14,092 nt of DNA, taken from the IMG/VR virus record IMGVR_UViG_2541047894_000002, positions 1-14,092 of that record; one strand, written 5' to 3'. The position numbers were made by a program, and so were the translations under genes. The first letter of the stretch is position 1. Each line of letters begins with the position of its first letter. Below, piece by piece: positions 1 to 8,056 of the stretch. The stretch is from a virus (Duplodnaviria > Heunggongvirae > Uroviricota > Caudoviricetes). The notes beneath the pieces were generated by a model, which saw only the letters and a program-made list of their open reading frames with translations, made no database searches and was not told where the DNA came from.

Positions 1-396
1 GCAACACCAAAAGCGGTAAAGGCCGCGTATGACCTTGCTAACGGGAAATACACTGCACAGGACGCCACCACAGCGCGAAAAGGTCTTGTCCAGCTCAGTA
101 GCGTCACCAACAGCGATTCTGAAACGCTCGCCGCAACACCAAAAGCGGTTAAGGCAGCGTATGATCTTGCTAACGAAAAATATACCGCACAGGACGCCAC
201 CACAGCGCGAAAAGGCCTTGTTCAGCTCAGTAGCGCCACCAACAGCGATTCTGAAACGCTGGCGGCAACGCCAAAGGCGGTTAAGACAGCGTATGACCTT
301 GCTAACGGGAAATACACTGCACAGGATGCCACCACGGCGCGGAAAGGTCTTGTTCAGCTTAATAGTGCCATCAACAGCGATTCTGAAACGCTGGCT
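1..396 (+). repeat. Three tandem 132-bp (44-codon) near-identical repeats inside the tail fiber gene; a fourth copy starts at 397 and diverges after about 30 bp
   Basis: Repeat unit gcaacaccaaaagcggt...gattctgaaacgct(c/g)gc(c/g/t) restarts at 1, 133, 265 and 397 with only a few substitutions. Each encodes ATPKAVKAAYDLANGKYTAQDATTARKGLVQLSS(V/A)TNSDSETLA. Window begins inside the array, so more copies may lie upstream. Confidence 0.9.
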
Positions 397-1746
397 GCAA
401 CACCAAAAGCGGTGAAGTCTGCCTATGACAATGCTGAAAAACGTCTTCAGAAAGATCAGAACGGTGCGGATATTCCGGGAAAGGATACCTTCACGAAAAA
501 TATCGGTGCCTGTCGTGCTTATAGCGGTGCTTTGAGCACTGAATCCGGAAACTGGACAACCGCTCAGTTTATTGAATGGCTGGATTCCCGTGGTGCATTT
601 AATCATCCGTACTGGATGTGCAAAGGCTCCTGGTCATATGCAAATAACAAAATCATTACGGATACCGGATGTGGTGATATCCACCTGGCTGGTTGTGTCG
701 TCGAGGTCATGGGAACTAAATCTGCAATCACTATCCGAGTGACCACGCCGACAACATCAAGCGGTGGCGGTACAACCAGCGCGCAATTCACTTACATAAA
801 TCATGGGGACGGCTACTCCCCCGGCTGGCGTCGTGACTGGAATCGTCAGGGCGACGCAATGACCGGAACGATTAATCAGGATGGCGGAAGCCAGAATGCC
901 TATATGTCTACGGCCTTATGTTCAGGCACCAGAGGCGGCAAAAAATATCTCAGAAAGTTTCGTGGTGGAGAAGGAGACACTATCTGGCATGAAACAGTAC
1001 AGGCTGGGGTAATTCGCTGGGCGACAGGTAATACTGATGCTCAGGAAGAATTATCACTCAGCTCCGCTTATGGTCTCCGTTCTAGAGGTGAAATTACATC
1101 ACTCAGTGCTAATGGTCTGCGCATTGCTTATGGCAATTATGGATTCTTTATCAGGAATGATGGTGGCAGCACATATTTAATGCTGACGACCTCTGGCGAT
1201 AAATTTGGGACATGGAACGGTTTAAGGCCGCTGACTATCAATAACGCTAATGGCGGAGTGTCAATGGGGCATGGCCTGAGTGTTACTGGTGATATTGTCT
1301 CAAGTACCAAAGTACGTGCCGGTAGCGGGAAAAAACTCACGGTCAGCAGCAGTAATACATCCACGAAGGAAGCCGCATTCAATTTGTGGGGAAACTCAAG
1401 TCGCCCGGTGGTAGCTGAATTAGGTGATGATGCAGGCTGGCATTTTTACAGCCAAAGAAATACAGATAACAGCATCACTTTTGCTGTTAACGGGCAGGTA
1501 TCACCATCTAACTATGGCAACTTTGATTCACGTTATGTCCGGGATATTAGACTTGGTGGTGCGTCATCCTATAAACCAGCAAATAACGGGACAACATGGA
1601 CGCATCAGACTCCATCTGGTTGCGCGTATACCGGGATAATTGTTCAGGATACAGGCTCAAATTCTGCCGATAATATTGGTGGTGTTTATTACAGACCAAT
1701 TCAAAAAAATATTAATGGCACATGGTATAACGTATCGAGTGTTTGA
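1..1746 (+). CDS. Phage tail fiber protein (5' partial; frame 1 is open from base 1, ORF track shows only from the internal GTG at 412)
   Basis: Frame 1 has no stop from 1 to the TGA at 1744-1746. The repeat motif KGLVQLSSATNSDSETLAATPKAVK resembles the lambda Stf / phage tail fibre repeat. C-terminal 440 aa is Gly/Ser/Thr/Asn-rich as in receptor-binding domains. Followed by a tail fiber assembly gene with overlapping stop/start region. Confidence 0.85.
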   Translation, partial: ATPKAVKAAYDLANGKYTAQDATTARKGLVQLSSVTNSDSETLAATPKAVKAAYDLANEKYTAQDATTARKGLVQLSSATNSDSETLAATPKAVKTAYDLANGKYTAQDATTARKGLVQLNSAINSDSETLAATPKAVKSAYDNAEKRLQKDQNGADIPGKDTFTKNIGACRAYSGALSTESGNWTTAQFIEWLDSRGAFNHPYWMCKGSWSYANNKIITDTGCGDIHLAGCVVEVMGTKSAITIRVTTPTTSSGGGTTSAQFTYINHGDGYSPGWRRDWNRQGDAMTGTINQDGGSQNAYMSTALCSGTRGGKKYLRKFRGGEGDTIWHETVQAGVIRWATGNTDAQEELSLSSAYGLRSRGEITSLSANGLRIAYGNYGFFIRNDGGSTYLMLTTSGDKFGTWNGLRPLTINNANGGVSMGHGLSVTGDIVSSTKVRAGSGKKLTVSSSNTSTKEAAFNLWGNSSRPVVAELGDDAGWHFYSQRNTDNSITFAVNGQVSPSNYGNFDSRYVRDIRLGGASSYKPANNGTTWTHQTPSGCAYTGIIVQDTGSNSADNIGGVYYRPIQKNINGTWYNVSSV

Positions 1747-1748
1747 TT

Positions 1749-2282
1749 ATGATGCATTTAAAAAATATAAAACCGGGCAATCCAAAAACCAAAGAACAGT
1801 ACCTGTTAACTAAAAACTCCAGCGTTGTCTGGTTATTCGATGAAGATGGTAAAAACTGGTATGATGAACAAAAGAACTTTCAACCAGATACTATAAAGAT
1901 TGCATATGATGAAAATAATGTCATATGCGACGTGCAAATGGATGTAACTGCAATTTGCCCAGAAGGAAAAAGTGTTGTCGAGTTGCCCAATATCACAGCA
2001 AACCGACGTGCTGATATTTCAGGTAACTGGATGTTTAAGGATGGCGCAGTCATTAAACGTGTGTATACCGAAGAAGAGCAACGATTGCAGGCTGAAAACC
2101 AGAAACAAAGGTTATTACAACAGGCCAGAGAAAAAACGCAGTTCTGGCAAACCCAGCTTACTTTGGGGATTATCACTGATTCAGACAGACAGCAACTGAT
2201 GAACTGGATGCGATACGTGCAACAGATTGAAGCCACTGATACCTCTGAATTGCCCGTTACATTTCCGGAACAACCAGAATAA
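1749..2282 (+). CDS. tfa: Tail fiber assembly protein (Tfa / P2 gpG-like chaperone)
   Basis: N-terminus MMHLKNIKPGNPKTKEQY... and C-terminus ...TDTSELPVTFPEQPE match the conserved Tfa family pattern as recalled; sits immediately downstream of tail fiber gene. ORF track start at 1743 is a TTG; ATG at 1749 preferred. AT-rich relative to neighbours. Confidence 0.85.
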   Translation: MMHLKNIKPGNPKTKEQYLLTKNSSVVWLFDEDGKNWYDEQKNFQPDTIKIAYDENNVICDVQMDVTAICPEGKSVVELPNITANRRADISGNWMFKDGAVIKRVYTEEEQRLQAENQKQRLLQQAREKTQFWQTQLTLGIITDSDRQQLMNWMRYVQQIEATDTSELPVTFPEQPE

Positions 2283-2315
2283 ACGATAAGACCAGAATAC
2301 CGGGTCTTATCGTTT
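2281..2315. terminator. Putative bidirectional hairpin terminator between convergent tfa and U
   Basis: aaACGATAAGACC-agaataccg-GGTCTTATCGTtt: 11-13 bp perfect stem at 2283-2293 / 2303-2313, followed by tttctgtt on + strand; lies in the 41-bp gap between the tfa stop (2282) and U stop (2324). Confidence 0.45.
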
Positions 2316-2323
2316 CTGTTAAA

Positions 2324-2812
2324 TCAGAACAGCCCTTTAACTGAACTGGCCGCGTTGTTAATGGATGCTGTCACCTTATCTTTGAAGCCGGACAGCATAT
2401 CGCTGAACGATGAGGATTGCAGGCGCTCCCGCAAATCCTCATCACAGCGTTCAAGGGTCAGTGAAAATTCTATCTTTTTCGCCTTACCGTAGCGATCAAA
2501 CTCGGAACTGGTCGTATTCGTTCCGGTCAGGACATACATGCCGTAAATCTGCCCGACGCCATCAATAAGAGGCCAGGGGCGTCCTGTATACGCCTGCGTG
2601 GTCAGCAGCGACAGCGACACTTCGCCACCTGTAATTTCAGGATAAAGCACACCAGAAAGAACAATACGATCATCGCCTGCCCCGATATACTGCCAGCTTG
2701 CTGAACGGTTAACGCGTTCATTTTTCACATGTCGCCAGCTTTTATTTTGCTGTAACTGCTGATGCGGCAATGTGCGCAGCTCAAAAACAAACATGCCGTA
2801 GATCATCATCAT
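2324..2812 (-). CDS. U: Tail protein gpU-like
   Basis: Translation MMMIYGMFVFELRTLP...SWRH...GAGDD...LSGVLYPEITGG...WPLIDG...IYGMYV...TTSS resembles P2 gpU as recalled. ORF track start 2818; GAGGAG RBS abuts the first ATG, so the ATG at 2812 (8-nt spacer) is preferred. 6-nt gap from T stop (2825). Confidence 0.8.
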   Translation of the reverse strand: MMMIYGMFVFELRTLPHQQLQQNKSWRHVKNERVNRSASWQYIGAGDDRIVLSGVLYPEITGGEVSLSLLTTQAYTGRPWPLIDGVGQIYGMYVLTGTNTTSSEFDRYGKAKKIEFSLTLERCDEDLRERLQSSSFSDMLSGFKDKVTASINNAASSVKGLF

Positions 2813-2824
2813 GGCCATGACTCC

Positions 2825-5641
2825 TCAATCTTTATCGTAAAAACTGCCACGCCCGGCACGGGCGCGCCGTTCCATTTCTGCCCTGACCATTTCACCGACC
2901 AGTTTCGCTAGTTCGCGGGGATTCTGTGTAACAACGTTATGCAGATGAACATGAATTTCACCGCCAAATCCGGAGGCAACAGGTTCCCGGTTACGGGAAG
3001 TTGCAGGAACTGATGCCACTGGCGATCGTATGGCCTCCGCCACCGGGCGGGAGCTGGCCGCAACAACAGGGACCAGCGCCGGAGGCAGCGGAGCCGGAAC
3101 CACGGGTGTGATATTAATTGCGGTGGCAGGCTTACTGACCTGCGCAATCTTCCGCTCCTGCCACTCCCCACGAACAACAAGTGCGCGGGGCAGGTTCTTA
3201 AAGACAATATCGCCGGGGCCAATGCGTTTTTTCGTCTCATCAACCAGCTTACCTGTGTTATCAGCAATTTTGCTGAGTCTGCGTAGCGTCCCGGTATTGC
3301 TGTCTGTGAGCGGTTTATTGTCTTTGGGTTTATCACCTCCGGTGCCATTGCCATTTTCCACAGGCTTCGGCGGATTGATTTTCGCCAGGTCCCCCTGAAG
3401 CAAGGCAACCTTGTCCTGAAGAATGGCCGCACGCTGTGCGTCTTCGATTTTCTTTCTCGCCCTTTCCGCTTCATCCGGAAGAACACCGAGTTTTTCAAGT
3501 ATCCACGCCAGCGTATCCAGCAACATTTTTGCAGGCGTCAGAACAAGCTGTAACGCGCCACCAAGAACGTTACCGAATATCTCGCCAGCACTGGTACATT
3601 TATCCAGCGTTTCCTTGCTGGACTCCATCGGTGACAGCAGCGATTTGAACCAGTTAAACACCTGGCTGATCCCGCTTCCGATTGCGTCAAAAACAGGACC
3701 AAACTGTTCAAAGGTTTCGCGCAACGGGATCAGCCTTTCCATAATCCCGCTGAACACCCCGGCAAAAAATGCCCTGATGGGATCCCAGTATTTCGAGATA
3801 AGAACGGCAGCTCCGGCAAGCGCAGCCACGATAAGACCAACCGGACTGAATAGCGCCCCGATAGCACCTCCCAGCAAAGAAACGGAACCCGTCACCATTC
3901 CCCATAGTGCTGGCAGGACCCTGACAGCATTCATTGATCCGGTCAGGAGAGAAAAACCAAGACGCAGTTTTGCCAGCGGGCCAGCAAGCACACCAATAGC
4001 CAGCGACAACGAGCCAACCGTTGCAGTCATTGCCAGCAACGCACCGCCTGCTATCAGTAGCTGGCGCGTCAGTACCGGATGGGCCTGCGCCAGCGCCGTC
4101 ACCCTTGATACCACCCACGTGAGCCACTGCGTGACAGAACGCAGCGGACCGTCAATCAGATCTGCAATGCGGATGCGCAACCCTTCCCATGCACTGCCGA
4201 GTGATTTCAGATCGCCGTCAAGGTTGTTGGCCATAACCTTTGCTGTGCGTTCAGCCTCACCGCGCGCGCCTTCAAGTTCTTTTCTCAGTTTGGGTAAGGA
4301 ACCGTCACCCGCTGCATCAACGAGCGCCATAAACGATGTGAAAGCCTCTTCTCCGGCAATGTCCTTAAAGAACGATACCCGGTCAACTTCCCCGTATTTG
4401 CGGGTGGCTTTATAAAGGTCAGCCAGCACATCCTCCATCGGGCGCATTTTGCCGTTCGCGTCAGAGACTGCCACACCAAGCTCTTTCAGCGCCTCTGCTG
4501 CTGCCTTTGGCGGTGATGCCAGACGAGCCAGGCTGGCACGCATTGCCGTCCCGGCATCACTCCCTCTGATACCCATATTCGCCAGCACGCCCGCCATCGC
4601 TGCGGCCTGCTCCAGCGATATTCCCAGCTTACCCGCCACCGGACCTGCATATTTCATGGTTTCACCCAGTGCGCGAAGGTCAGTGTTGGTACGGGTAAAC
4701 GCTGCGGTGAGTGTGTCACCGACCCGGTCCATCTGGTCAGCAGAAAGGCCGAACTGCGTCAGGATATTTGAGCCAATATCTGCCGTCTCGCCGAGATCCA
4801 TACCGCCAGCCGTTGCCATGCTCAGCACGCTGGGAAGCGCAGCCTGAATGGCCTGCGGAGTGAAGCCAGCCATTGCAAGAAATGCCTGTCCACTGGCGGC
4901 ATCGCCTGCGGTAAACTGCGTTTCAGAGCCAAGTTTTAACGCCTGCTCACGCAGCGCCTTAAACTGCGGGCTGTTCTGGTCGATTCGCGTCAGTGCCTGA
5001 ACGCGGGACATCTCTTTGCCGAACCCGATCGCAGGCTGCAAAAAACGCCCCGCAGCATAGCCGCCCGCCGCTGCCGCACCAATTGCCAGCGCACCACCTG
5101 TTTTCAGTTTTCCCGCAGTTTCCTGCGCGCGCGAATACCGCTCACGCGCCCGCGTTACACGCGCAAGTGCCTGCCGTTCGCGTTCAAGCTGGTTGTTGTA
5201 CTGTTCGGTGCGTCTGATGGCCTGCTGGATGGTGTTATCGCTGCCTGTCAGGGAAATGCCGTGGCGTTTCAGCTCTCCGCCAAGCTCCCGCATTTTCTGA
5301 ATTTCCCGTGTGCGCGATTCATTCAGGCGTTCAAGCCGGGTGCTTAACTGCTGCATCAGCTTTTGTTGCTTTTCGCTGAGCACTGTACCCGTGCGTTGTA
5401 ACTGATTAAGGGCGTTAAGCTGGCGTCGTGCTTTCACGATACCCGCATCCGCTTTACTGACAGCGTCGCGGGCGCGCTCAAATGAACGCGCCTGACGCTC
5501 GAGATTTTTGATCGCCCCCTGCGTTCGCTGGATGGAGTCACCAAACTGCCCCATCAGGCGGCGGGCGTTTTCGGCAGGCCGGGTCAGCCTGTCAACGGCG
5601 CTGAAAGCGACCCGGATATCAAGAGTCTTCATTGTCTGCAT
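2825..5641 (-). CDS. T: Tail tape measure protein (gpT-like), about 939 aa
   Basis: Large Ala/Gly/Leu-rich protein with coiled-coil N-terminal part and hydrophobic glycine-rich central segments, downstream of the E/E' chaperone pair as in P2-type tail modules. Start ambiguous: ATG at 5641 (MQTMKTL...) or 5632; ORF track reports upstream extension to 5668. Start overlaps end of E'. Confidence 0.85.
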   Translation of the reverse strand: MQTMKTLDIRVAFSAVDRLTRPAENARRLMGQFGDSIQRTQGAIKNLERQARSFERARDAVSKADAGIVKARRQLNALNQLQRTGTVLSEKQQKLMQQLSTRLERLNESRTREIQKMRELGGELKRHGISLTGSDNTIQQAIRRTEQYNNQLERERQALARVTRARERYSRAQETAGKLKTGGALAIGAAAAGGYAAGRFLQPAIGFGKEMSRVQALTRIDQNSPQFKALREQALKLGSETQFTAGDAASGQAFLAMAGFTPQAIQAALPSVLSMATAGGMDLGETADIGSNILTQFGLSADQMDRVGDTLTAAFTRTNTDLRALGETMKYAGPVAGKLGISLEQAAAMAGVLANMGIRGSDAGTAMRASLARLASPPKAAAEALKELGVAVSDANGKMRPMEDVLADLYKATRKYGEVDRVSFFKDIAGEEAFTSFMALVDAAGDGSLPKLRKELEGARGEAERTAKVMANNLDGDLKSLGSAWEGLRIRIADLIDGPLRSVTQWLTWVVSRVTALAQAHPVLTRQLLIAGGALLAMTATVGSLSLAIGVLAGPLAKLRLGFSLLTGSMNAVRVLPALWGMVTGSVSLLGGAIGALFSPVGLIVAALAGAAVLISKYWDPIRAFFAGVFSGIMERLIPLRETFEQFGPVFDAIGSGISQVFNWFKSLLSPMESSKETLDKCTSAGEIFGNVLGGALQLVLTPAKMLLDTLAWILEKLGVLPDEAERARKKIEDAQRAAILQDKVALLQGDLAKINPPKPVENGNGTGGDKPKDNKPLTDSNTGTLRRLSKIADNTGKLVDETKKRIGPGDIVFKNLPRALVVRGEWQERKIAQVSKPATAINITPVVPAPLPPALVPVVAASSRPVAEAIRSPVASVPATSRNREPVASGFGGEIHVHLHNVVTQNPRELAKLVGEMVRAEMERRARAGRGSFYDKD

Positions 5642-6148
5642 TCCCGCTGCGAAGTGCCGCCCGCTCACGCCAGCTAACCACTTCGCCGGGCGTCATCATG
5701 AAGATTTCGGCGGGCGACCAGTTAAAAATAACGGCAATATCTGCCACAAAGTCTTCTATGTGCTCAAAGCACACAACCGTGATCAGGCTTCCGTCGCCTG
5801 TTCGTTCTTCCCGCCAGAGTCCGCACCGCTCAAAAAATTTACGGCAACCACACATAACTGAATAAAGTCACGGGATGCCATTTTTTTGATCGTCACTTCA
5901 TCCAGTCGCGGTGATGTCACGCGTGACAGCAGCGTAAACATGGATTCCGCTTTCAGATTCAGCACATCAGACAGCGACAAATCTCGCAGAGATCCAGCCT
6001 GCTCAATAGCTCCGGTGATCTCCACATACGTGATTTTTTCGCCGCCTCGCTCAATTGGTTGGGTAAGTTTTACGCCACGCTCACTGGTTTCTTTCACAGT
6101 GTCAGCAACGACCGTGTTTTCGGTATCGATGTTTTTCGTCTCTTTCAT
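5619..6148 (-). CDS. E+E': Tail assembly chaperone E+E' fusion produced by programmed -1 ribosomal frameshift (predicted about 176 aa)
   Basis: ORF 5619..5855 lies in the -1 frame relative to E (start coordinates 6148 mod 3 = 1, 5855 mod 3 = 2). Slippery heptamer T_TTT_TTG occurs in E in the correct register (0-frame codons aaT TTT TTG at - strand 5837..5831). After the slip the reading continues ...NFF-ERCGLWREERTGDGSLITVVCFEH... to the TGA at 5621-5619. Confidence 0.6.
5783..6148 (-). CDS. E: Tail assembly chaperone gpE-like (121 aa, 0-frame product)
   Basis: Located between tail tube FII and tape measure T as in P2; AAGGAG RBS 8 nt upstream of ATG at 6148; contains the frameshift heptamer near its 3' end. 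Confidence 0.8.
   Translation of the reverse strand: MKETKNIDTENTVVADTVKETSERGVKLTQPIERGGEKITYVEITGAIEQAGSLRDLSLSDVLNLKAESMFTLLSRVTSPRLDEVTIKKMASRDFIQLCVVAVNFLSGADSGGKNEQATEA
5831..5837 (-). other. Programmed -1 frameshift slippery site TTTTTTG (P2 E/E' type)
   Basis: + strand caaaaaa at 5831-5837 = - strand TTTTTTG; in-frame as T_TTT_TTG relative to the E reading frame; -1 frame open downstream for 70 codons. Confidence 0.6.
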
Positions 6149-6202
6149 CAGGAAACTCCTTTCAGTCAGAGGCGACGCACTGCGCCGCCTGCATATTACT
6201 TA

Positions 6203-6715
6203 TCAGCCAAGCCCGAGCGCAGAACGGATGCGATCGGGCACAATGTCCTTGCCGTCCTTCCGGTAAATGAAGTTCAGCAGGTCAATCTCCCACAACGGGC
6301 GATCGTTAACACTCAGCTTGTAGTAGGTGTTTTTAATGGCGTAAGTGTGTGATGTGGCTTCGCCCTGTTTGGCTTCCCCCATATCAATTTCCGTCACACG
6401 TCCGCGCATTTCGACTTCATACAGGTCGCTTTCTGCATCGGTGTAATATTCACCCGCAAAACGCAGCAGCGTGCCGTCAATCGTGCCGCCATACTTAAGG
6501 AACAGCTCACGAACTGCGCCCCCCATGACAAAGCTCGCATCAAGCGCGGAGTCGTCCAGACCGAGATCAATACTTACCGCACCCATCATGCCACCACCCC
6601 GGTAGCTGTCGGTTTTGCGCGTCAGCTTAGGCAGAGTGACGGACGTCACCTTACCCACTTCGTTTTCACCATCCACAAACAGCGTAAAAAAGCGAAGATG
6701 TTTTGGCACAGCCAT
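6203..6715 (-). CDS. FII: Tail tube protein (P2 FII-like)
   Basis: MAVPKHLRFFTLFVDG...VTLPKLTRKTDSYRGGGMMG...DLGLDD...RFAGEY...VEMRGR..EID.GE.KQGE matches the P2 FII pattern as recalled; GGGAGG RBS; start overlaps FI stop (TGATG). Confidence 0.85.
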   Translation of the reverse strand: MAVPKHLRFFTLFVDGENEVGKVTSVTLPKLTRKTDSYRGGGMMGAVSIDLGLDDSALDASFVMGGAVRELFLKYGGTIDGTLLRFAGEYYTDAESDLYEVEMRGRVTEIDMGEAKQGEATSHTYAIKNTYYKLSVNDRPLWEIDLLNFIYRKDGKDIVPDRIRSALGLG

Positions 6716-7899
6716 CAGGCACCTCCCAGCACCGCAAATGCGGGTTCAAAGTATTCATCAGTAAACGTCTGGTAAAGCTCCATGTCTTCCAGTGGCGGAA
6801 CGGGCGTATATTTGTAGCGAATACGCACACGTCCCTGACGTAAATCCGTGGTGCTGTTATCCACCACGTCATACCAGCACTCCGCGCCAATCAGTTTCCC
6901 GGCAGTAACCAGTGAATCCAGTTTTGCCCTGATGGCACTGATAACATCCTTCACGTTCGCAGGCGTCAGTGGACTGTCGATGGTTTCAAACTGCGCTTCC
7001 GCAATTGAATCAGCCAGCACCTGTGCGGTTCGGGTATACACCTCAAAGATGTAGGCGTTCGTTTCCGGTGTGCGGTTGCCCCAGAAGCGGAACCCGTTGC
7101 GACGAATAATGGTCGTGATTTCTTTGTTGTTAAGGCTGTTGGCATCACTGTCTTCGGCCTGCAACGACCAGAAAACATGCCTCGACATCCCCAGCACATT
7201 TTTAACCGGAACGTTGGACAGCGATTTGTGCCATCCCTGCTCATGGTCAATGTACGCACGAAGGCCGCACGCATAGGCAGGCGCGGGGAACGTTTCGTTT
7301 TTGCCACTTTTCGGGTTGTAGGCGATGAAGTCCGGCCATAAGAGCATCACCTCACGTTCGTTGAATTTCTGGCGGTAGGTAATCGCCGCAGCCATCGTGT
7401 TACAGCCGTGACATGAGGCATACACAAACGCGCGCAGTTTACCTGCAATCACGCACAGGGATTTTGTTACAGCCTCCGTGTCCAGCTCCGGCGCGGCCAG
7501 AATACGCGGACGGTATCCGATGCTTTCATCCTGCTCTGCAACAAGCAGCGCATACATCCCCGTATAGCTGCCGTCATCCTCAGAACCACCGATAACCAGT
7601 TGATCCTGCGTCTTTCCGTCTTCTTCTTTGTGTTCAGCCACGCGAACGACGATCACCTTTGTGCTCACCTGGTCTGCGATGGCCTTAAGCGCACGATAAA
7701 GCGTCCCCGTTGTCCCGCATTTTCCCAGCACGTCATTGACGCGGGTCAGCAGTGTGGGCTTGTTCAGCGGGAACAGCTTCGCGTCCGCATCATCCGCCGT
7801 TGCCACGATACCGATAACGCTGGAATCAACATCGTTAATCGCTGTTACCAGGTCGGTATTTTCCGTAACACGGGCACCATGAAAACGAGTTTCACTCAT
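6715..7899 (-). CDS. FI: Contractile tail sheath protein (P2 FI-like)
   Basis: 394 aa; motifs ...FPLNKP...LRAFVYASCHGC...WPDF...EQGWHKSLSNV...IRRNGFRFWGNRT...NYTRTAQV...RYKYTPVPPLE... match P2 FI sheath as recalled; AAGGGG RBS 8 nt upstream of ATG at 7899. Confidence 0.9.
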   Translation of the reverse strand: MSETRFHGARVTENTDLVTAINDVDSSVIGIVATADDADAKLFPLNKPTLLTRVNDVLGKCGTTGTLYRALKAIADQVSTKVIVVRVAEHKEEDGKTQDQLVIGGSEDDGSYTGMYALLVAEQDESIGYRPRILAAPELDTEAVTKSLCVIAGKLRAFVYASCHGCNTMAAAITYRQKFNEREVMLLWPDFIAYNPKSGKNETFPAPAYACGLRAYIDHEQGWHKSLSNVPVKNVLGMSRHVFWSLQAEDSDANSLNNKEITTIIRRNGFRFWGNRTPETNAYIFEVYTRTAQVLADSIAEAQFETIDSPLTPANVKDVISAIRAKLDSLVTAGKLIGAECWYDVVDNSTTDLRQGRVRIRYKYTPVPPLEDMELYQTFTDEYFEPAFAVLGGA

Positions 7900-8056
7900 A
7901 GCTTCAGCCCCTTGTATCCGTTAAATGATTCGGCAACAATCATCACCCACCACGCGCGTAATCTCACCCCTGCGCCGTTCTCCCGCCACGGCGACAACAA
8001 AAAGCAGTAACCCCCTACGCACGCACATGCGACCATGCCGCACAGGGAGGGAACAG
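7900..8056. promoter_or_regulatory. Divergent intergenic region between FI (-) and D (+); presumed promoters for both
   Basis: 157-bp non-coding gap flanked by divergently oriented start codons with RBSs on each side. No exact TGT-N12-ACA (Ogr/late-promoter type) dyad found by eye; only one TGT in the region (7913-7915). Confidence 0.3.

Noticed and set aside
29-415. 128-aa + strand ORF from the track (MTLLTGNTLHRTPPQ...)
   Set aside because: It is an out-of-frame reading through the 132-bp tail fiber repeats (its protein is itself repetitive); frame 1 encodes the recognisable tail fibre repeat motif and is open from base 1.
2908-4847. Several long ORFs overlapping the tape measure gene on both strands (for example 3423..4415 +, 330 aa; 2908..3498 -, 196 aa; 3708..4127 -; 4449..4847 +)
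   Set aside because: They lie inside a GC-rich, Ala-rich gene where stop codons are rare in all frames; their translations are low-complexity Ala/Ser/Pro/Arg-rich and lack RBSs. Treated as spurious.
5881-5887. A7 run (- strand ATC AAA AAA ATG) as an alternative frameshift site in E
   Set aside because: It is not in X_XXY_YYZ register, and the -1 frame has a stop at 5870-5868 shortly after it, so a slip here would terminate rather than produce E+E'.
6966-7595. ORFs 6966..7307 (-), 7070..7276 (+), 7413..7595 (+) inside the tail sheath gene
   Set aside because: Fully embedded in or antisense to FI with no start context; the FI frame gives a coherent sheath protein.
2320-7930. Short shared motif GTTAAAT near both inversion junctions (about 2320 and 7920) as a recombination site
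   Set aside because: Only 7 bp, in direct rather than inverted orientation and not palindromic; expected by chance in AT-containing intergenic DNA.
7925-8056. N-terminal extension of D in the ORF track (MIRQQSSPTTRV...)
   Set aside because: The extension runs across the divergent intergenic region and has no RBS; the ATG at 8057 has a GGAGGG SD at ideal spacing.
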